Shown: piece after piece, positions 57,567-59,684 of the stretch
Numbering within the stretch: the first letter of the stretch is position 1
How the letters are laid out: each line of letters opens with the position of its first letter
Assembly: GCA_028717885.1 (NCBI GenBank)
Contig: JAQUMX010000007.1
Span: forward strand, 1-59,684
From: Candidatus Omnitrophota bacterium
GTDB taxonomy: Bacteria > Omnitrophota > Gorgyraeia > Gygaellales > Profunditerraquicolaceae
DNA length: 59,684 nucleotides
Direction of reading: 5' to 3'
Translations under genes and position numbers: made by a program
The notes under the pieces: generated by a model
Told to the model about the DNA's origin: nothing
Database searches by the model: none
Seen by the model: the letters and a program-made list of their open reading frames with translations, nothing else

Positions 57567-58037
57567 ATGCCGCAAGATATTGTAAAACAAATACATAAGC
57601 TTCTGATGGAAAAACGCTCTACCCTGGCAAGCGCAGAATCCTGCACTGGCGGATTCTTGGCAAAACTGCTTACTGACTTGCCGGGAAGTTCAAAATATTT
57701 CCTGCTGGGAGTAGTTAGTTACAGCAACCGGTCAAAAACGAAAATTTTAAAAGTTCCGGCAAAGCTAATTACAAAATACGGCGCAGCTTCCCGGGAAGTA
57801 GCGTTAAAGATGGCTATTGGTGCGCAAAAATTAGCCAAAAGCGATTTCGCCGTTGCTATTACCGGCATTGCCGGCCCAACCGGCGGCTCAATTGCCAAAC
57901 CAATTGGCACAGTCTTCATCGCAGTTTGCGCTAAAAGGAAAAAAACCTGCAAAAAATTTAAATTTACCGGCAATCGGGAGAGGATCCGAAGGTTAAGCGC
58001 ACTTAAAAGCCTAGAAATGCTAAAAGGCCAGATATGA
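57567..58037 (+). CDS. cinA: CinA C-terminal domain / NMN deamidase (PncC-like)
   Basis: AESCTGG, SYSN..K, MA.G, AITGIAGP.GG, GTVFIA. Real start is MPQDIV; the longer ORF runs through the riboswitch. Confidence 0.9.
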   Translation: MPQDIVKQIHKLLMEKRSTLASAESCTGGFLAKLLTDLPGSSKYFLLGVVSYSNRSKTKILKVPAKLITKYGAASREVALKMAIGAQKLAKSDFAVAITGIAGPTGGSIAKPIGTVFIAVCAKRKKTCKKFKFTGNRERIRRLSALKSLEMLKGQI

Positions 58038-58603
58038 GGACTTTTATCGCTATTGAATTACCCAAGGAAATCAAGCTCGAGCTGGCTAAATTGCAGGAAT
58101 ATTTAAAACAAAGCGGCGCGGATGTCAAATGGGTCGCACCAGAAAATATCCATCTTACTTTAAAATTCTTAGGCGAGCGCGACGATAAAAAAATCAAAGA
58201 AATCGAACTGATTGCCGAAGAAATAGCTAAAAATCATGCCGGTTTTGAAATCAGCCTTTCTTCTCTGGGCACTTTTCCCGGTACCAATTATCCGCGTGTA
58301 GTCTGGATCGGAATTACTCAAGGCGCCGAACAAACCGAAAAAATTGCCGCAGAATTAGAAGAAAGAATCGCTAAAATCGGCATCCCCAAAGAAGAACGCG
58401 GATTTTCTGCGCATATTACAATCGGCAGGGTAAAATCGAATTTAAACAAAGAAAAGCTGATTCAAGAATTAAGCTCTACGCAGTTAATGGCAGGAAAAAA
58501 TTTGAAATTTAAGGCCGGCCAGATTACCCTCTTCAAAAGCACGCTCACCCCTAGGGGCCCGATTTACGAAATCTTAAAGACGGCAAATCTTACCAACAGC
58601 TGA
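58034..58603 (+). CDS. thpR: RNA 2',3'-cyclic phosphodiesterase
   Basis: MRTFIAI, HLTLKFLG, PRVVW, HITIGR, LFKS.L. Confidence 0.94.
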   Translation: MRTFIAIELPKEIKLELAKLQEYLKQSGADVKWVAPENIHLTLKFLGERDDKKIKEIELIAEEIAKNHAGFEISLSSLGTFPGTNYPRVVWIGITQGAEQTEKIAAELEERIAKIGIPKEERGFSAHITIGRVKSNLNKEKLIQELSSTQLMAGKNLKFKAGQITLFKSTLTPRGPIYEILKTANLTNS

Positions 58604-59031
58604 AGCACCAGGTTAGCCAAAAGCGCGGCAACCACATCATCCCCCATCACTCCGATTGCGCCTTTAGTATGCTGAAAACTGGAAACTGGAAATGGTTTCA
58701 GGGTATCGAAGAGGCGAAAAAGAAAAAACCCGATTAAGATTAACCGCAAGTCAAAAGGCACTAAAAATAAGGTGATCAACATCCCCACCACTTCATCGAT
58801 CACCACATATTTAGGGTCTTTTTTCCGAAATACCCTTTCTGCCTCTTTGCTGGCCCATAAACCTATGATCAATAAAACAAGGGTAAACAAGAAATAGAAC
58901 AACGGGTTATTTTTGATGAAGAAATATACCACGAGGCCGGCAAAGCTGCCGAAGGTACCCGGCATAAGCGGCAGGTAACCCACATAAAAAAACGTAGAAA
59001 TCAATTTTACCAACCGGGAATGCCCAGGCAT
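58564..59031 (-). CDS. pgpA: Phosphatidylglycerophosphatase A
   Basis: G..P..PGTFGS, KDP..VVIDEVVG, FRLFDTLKP, GVMGDD. Confidence 0.94.
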   Translation of the reverse strand: MPGHSRLVKLISTFFYVGYLPLMPGTFGSFAGLVVYFFIKNNPLFYFLFTLVLLIIGLWASKEAERVFRKKDPKYVVIDEVVGMLITLFLVPFDLRLILIGFFLFRLFDTLKPFPVSSFQHTKGAIGVMGDDVVAALLANLVLQLLVRFAVFKIS

Positions 59032-59037
59032 TATATT

Positions 59038-59622
59038 TTAAAATTTGGCGATAATCTTGCGGTTTTCCCAAAGATAAGAAAGCCCGGAATAAAGTGTCAC
59101 CCCCACCGTAAAAAGCATAAGCAGATAAACACTCCATTTAAAGAGATTGTCCCAGTCGGGATTCCAGGTGTAGAACCTGACCATAAGTTCCTTAAAAACG
59201 ATGAAACCTAAGATCAGGAAAATCACCGACATCTGGGAAACAGTCTTATGTTTGCCTGCGCGGCTGGCGGAGAGGACTTTTCCTTTATTGAGCGCAAAAA
59301 GCCTTAAAGAAGTAATCAGGATTTCGCGCGAAACTATCACCATGAACATCCAGACATTGATGATTTGCAGCTGTAAAAATGCCGCAAAAGCGGAAAGCAC
59401 CAGGATCTTATCGGCAATCGGGTCCATCAGCTTGCCGAAATCGGTGATCATGTTCATGCGTTTAGCAATCAGGCCGTCAAAGAAATCGGATAAGGCGGCA
59501 ACGGTAAAAACTATCAGGCTGATTACTTTTGTCCACCAGACTTTTTCCCACCACAATAAAAACCACAAAAAGACAATCGTCAAAAAAATCCTCGACATAG
59601 TAATTTTATTGGCAGTATTCAT
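59038..59622 (-). CDS. pgsA: CDP-diacylglycerol--glycerol-3-phosphate phosphatidyltransferase
   Basis: N.ANKIT..R, D..DG..A.......FG..MDP.ADK, GK.KT. Confidence 0.96.
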   Translation of the reverse strand: MNTANKITMSRIFLTIVFLWFLLWWEKVWWTKVISLIVFTVAALSDFFDGLIAKRMNMITDFGKLMDPIADKILVLSAFAAFLQLQIINVWMFMVIVSREILITSLRLFALNKGKVLSASRAGKHKTVSQMSVIFLILGFIVFKELMVRFYTWNPDWDNLFKWSVYLLMLFTVGVTLYSGLSYLWENRKIIAKF

Positions 59623-59684
59623 CGTGTCTTCCTTCCTTCTCCACTGCTGTACCGACGAGATCGTATTCCAGGGTATCGGTAATC
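59606..59684 (-). CDS. rimO: 3' end of a gene entering from outside the window, probably the RimO TRAM domain
   Basis: Frame reads ITDTLEYDLVG..., typical of the RimO C-terminus; rimO-pgsA adjacency is common. Confidence 0.6.
   Translation of the reverse strand, partial: ITDTLEYDLVGTAVEKEGRHDEYCQ

Overview
A 59.7-kb chromosomal window, almost all on the minus strand, from a bacterium that looks like PVC superphylum / Candidatus Omnitrophota. The taxon is inferred from the 16S 5' signature GGCGGCGTAGATTAGGCATGCAAG and the gene set; no database search was run. In window order it holds: the 5' half of a 16S rRNA gene with its promoter; a type IV pilus/c-di-GMP operon (degenerate GGDEF, stand-alone MshEN, two PilB ATPases, pseudo-receiver HD-GYP, PilC); mreBCD-mrdA-rodA-radical SAM; aroA; ileS-dksA-lspA-lgt-rluD; yggS-proC-mtnP; a dcw cluster from mraZ to ftsA with no ftsZ; ligA-xerD-cca-rbfA-nrnA-ribF; a tRNA-Pro; an FMN-riboswitch-led riboflavin operon; and cinA-thpR facing pgpA-pgsA-rimO. 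Four signals stand out. (1) Three paralogous orphan Cys-rich peptides with a shared W-x-x-P-x-(I/L)-x-x-L-x-R...L-x-x-C-K leader surround tRNA-Pro; these are probable RiPP precursors whose maturases are not in the window. (2) A family of modular palindromic elements with tandem G.A motifs sits inside the FMN riboswitch (about 370 nt), in a tRNA leader, in the pilus operon leader and, in frame, inside the CCA-adding enzyme gene. (3) 7-nt tandem repeats fill intergenic gaps and create in-frame 'NALR' peptides in YggS (twice) and AroA. (4) Most c-di-GMP modules in the pilus operon are degenerate; only the stand-alone MshEN and the HD-GYP domain look intact. No CRISPR array, prophage or transposase was found.
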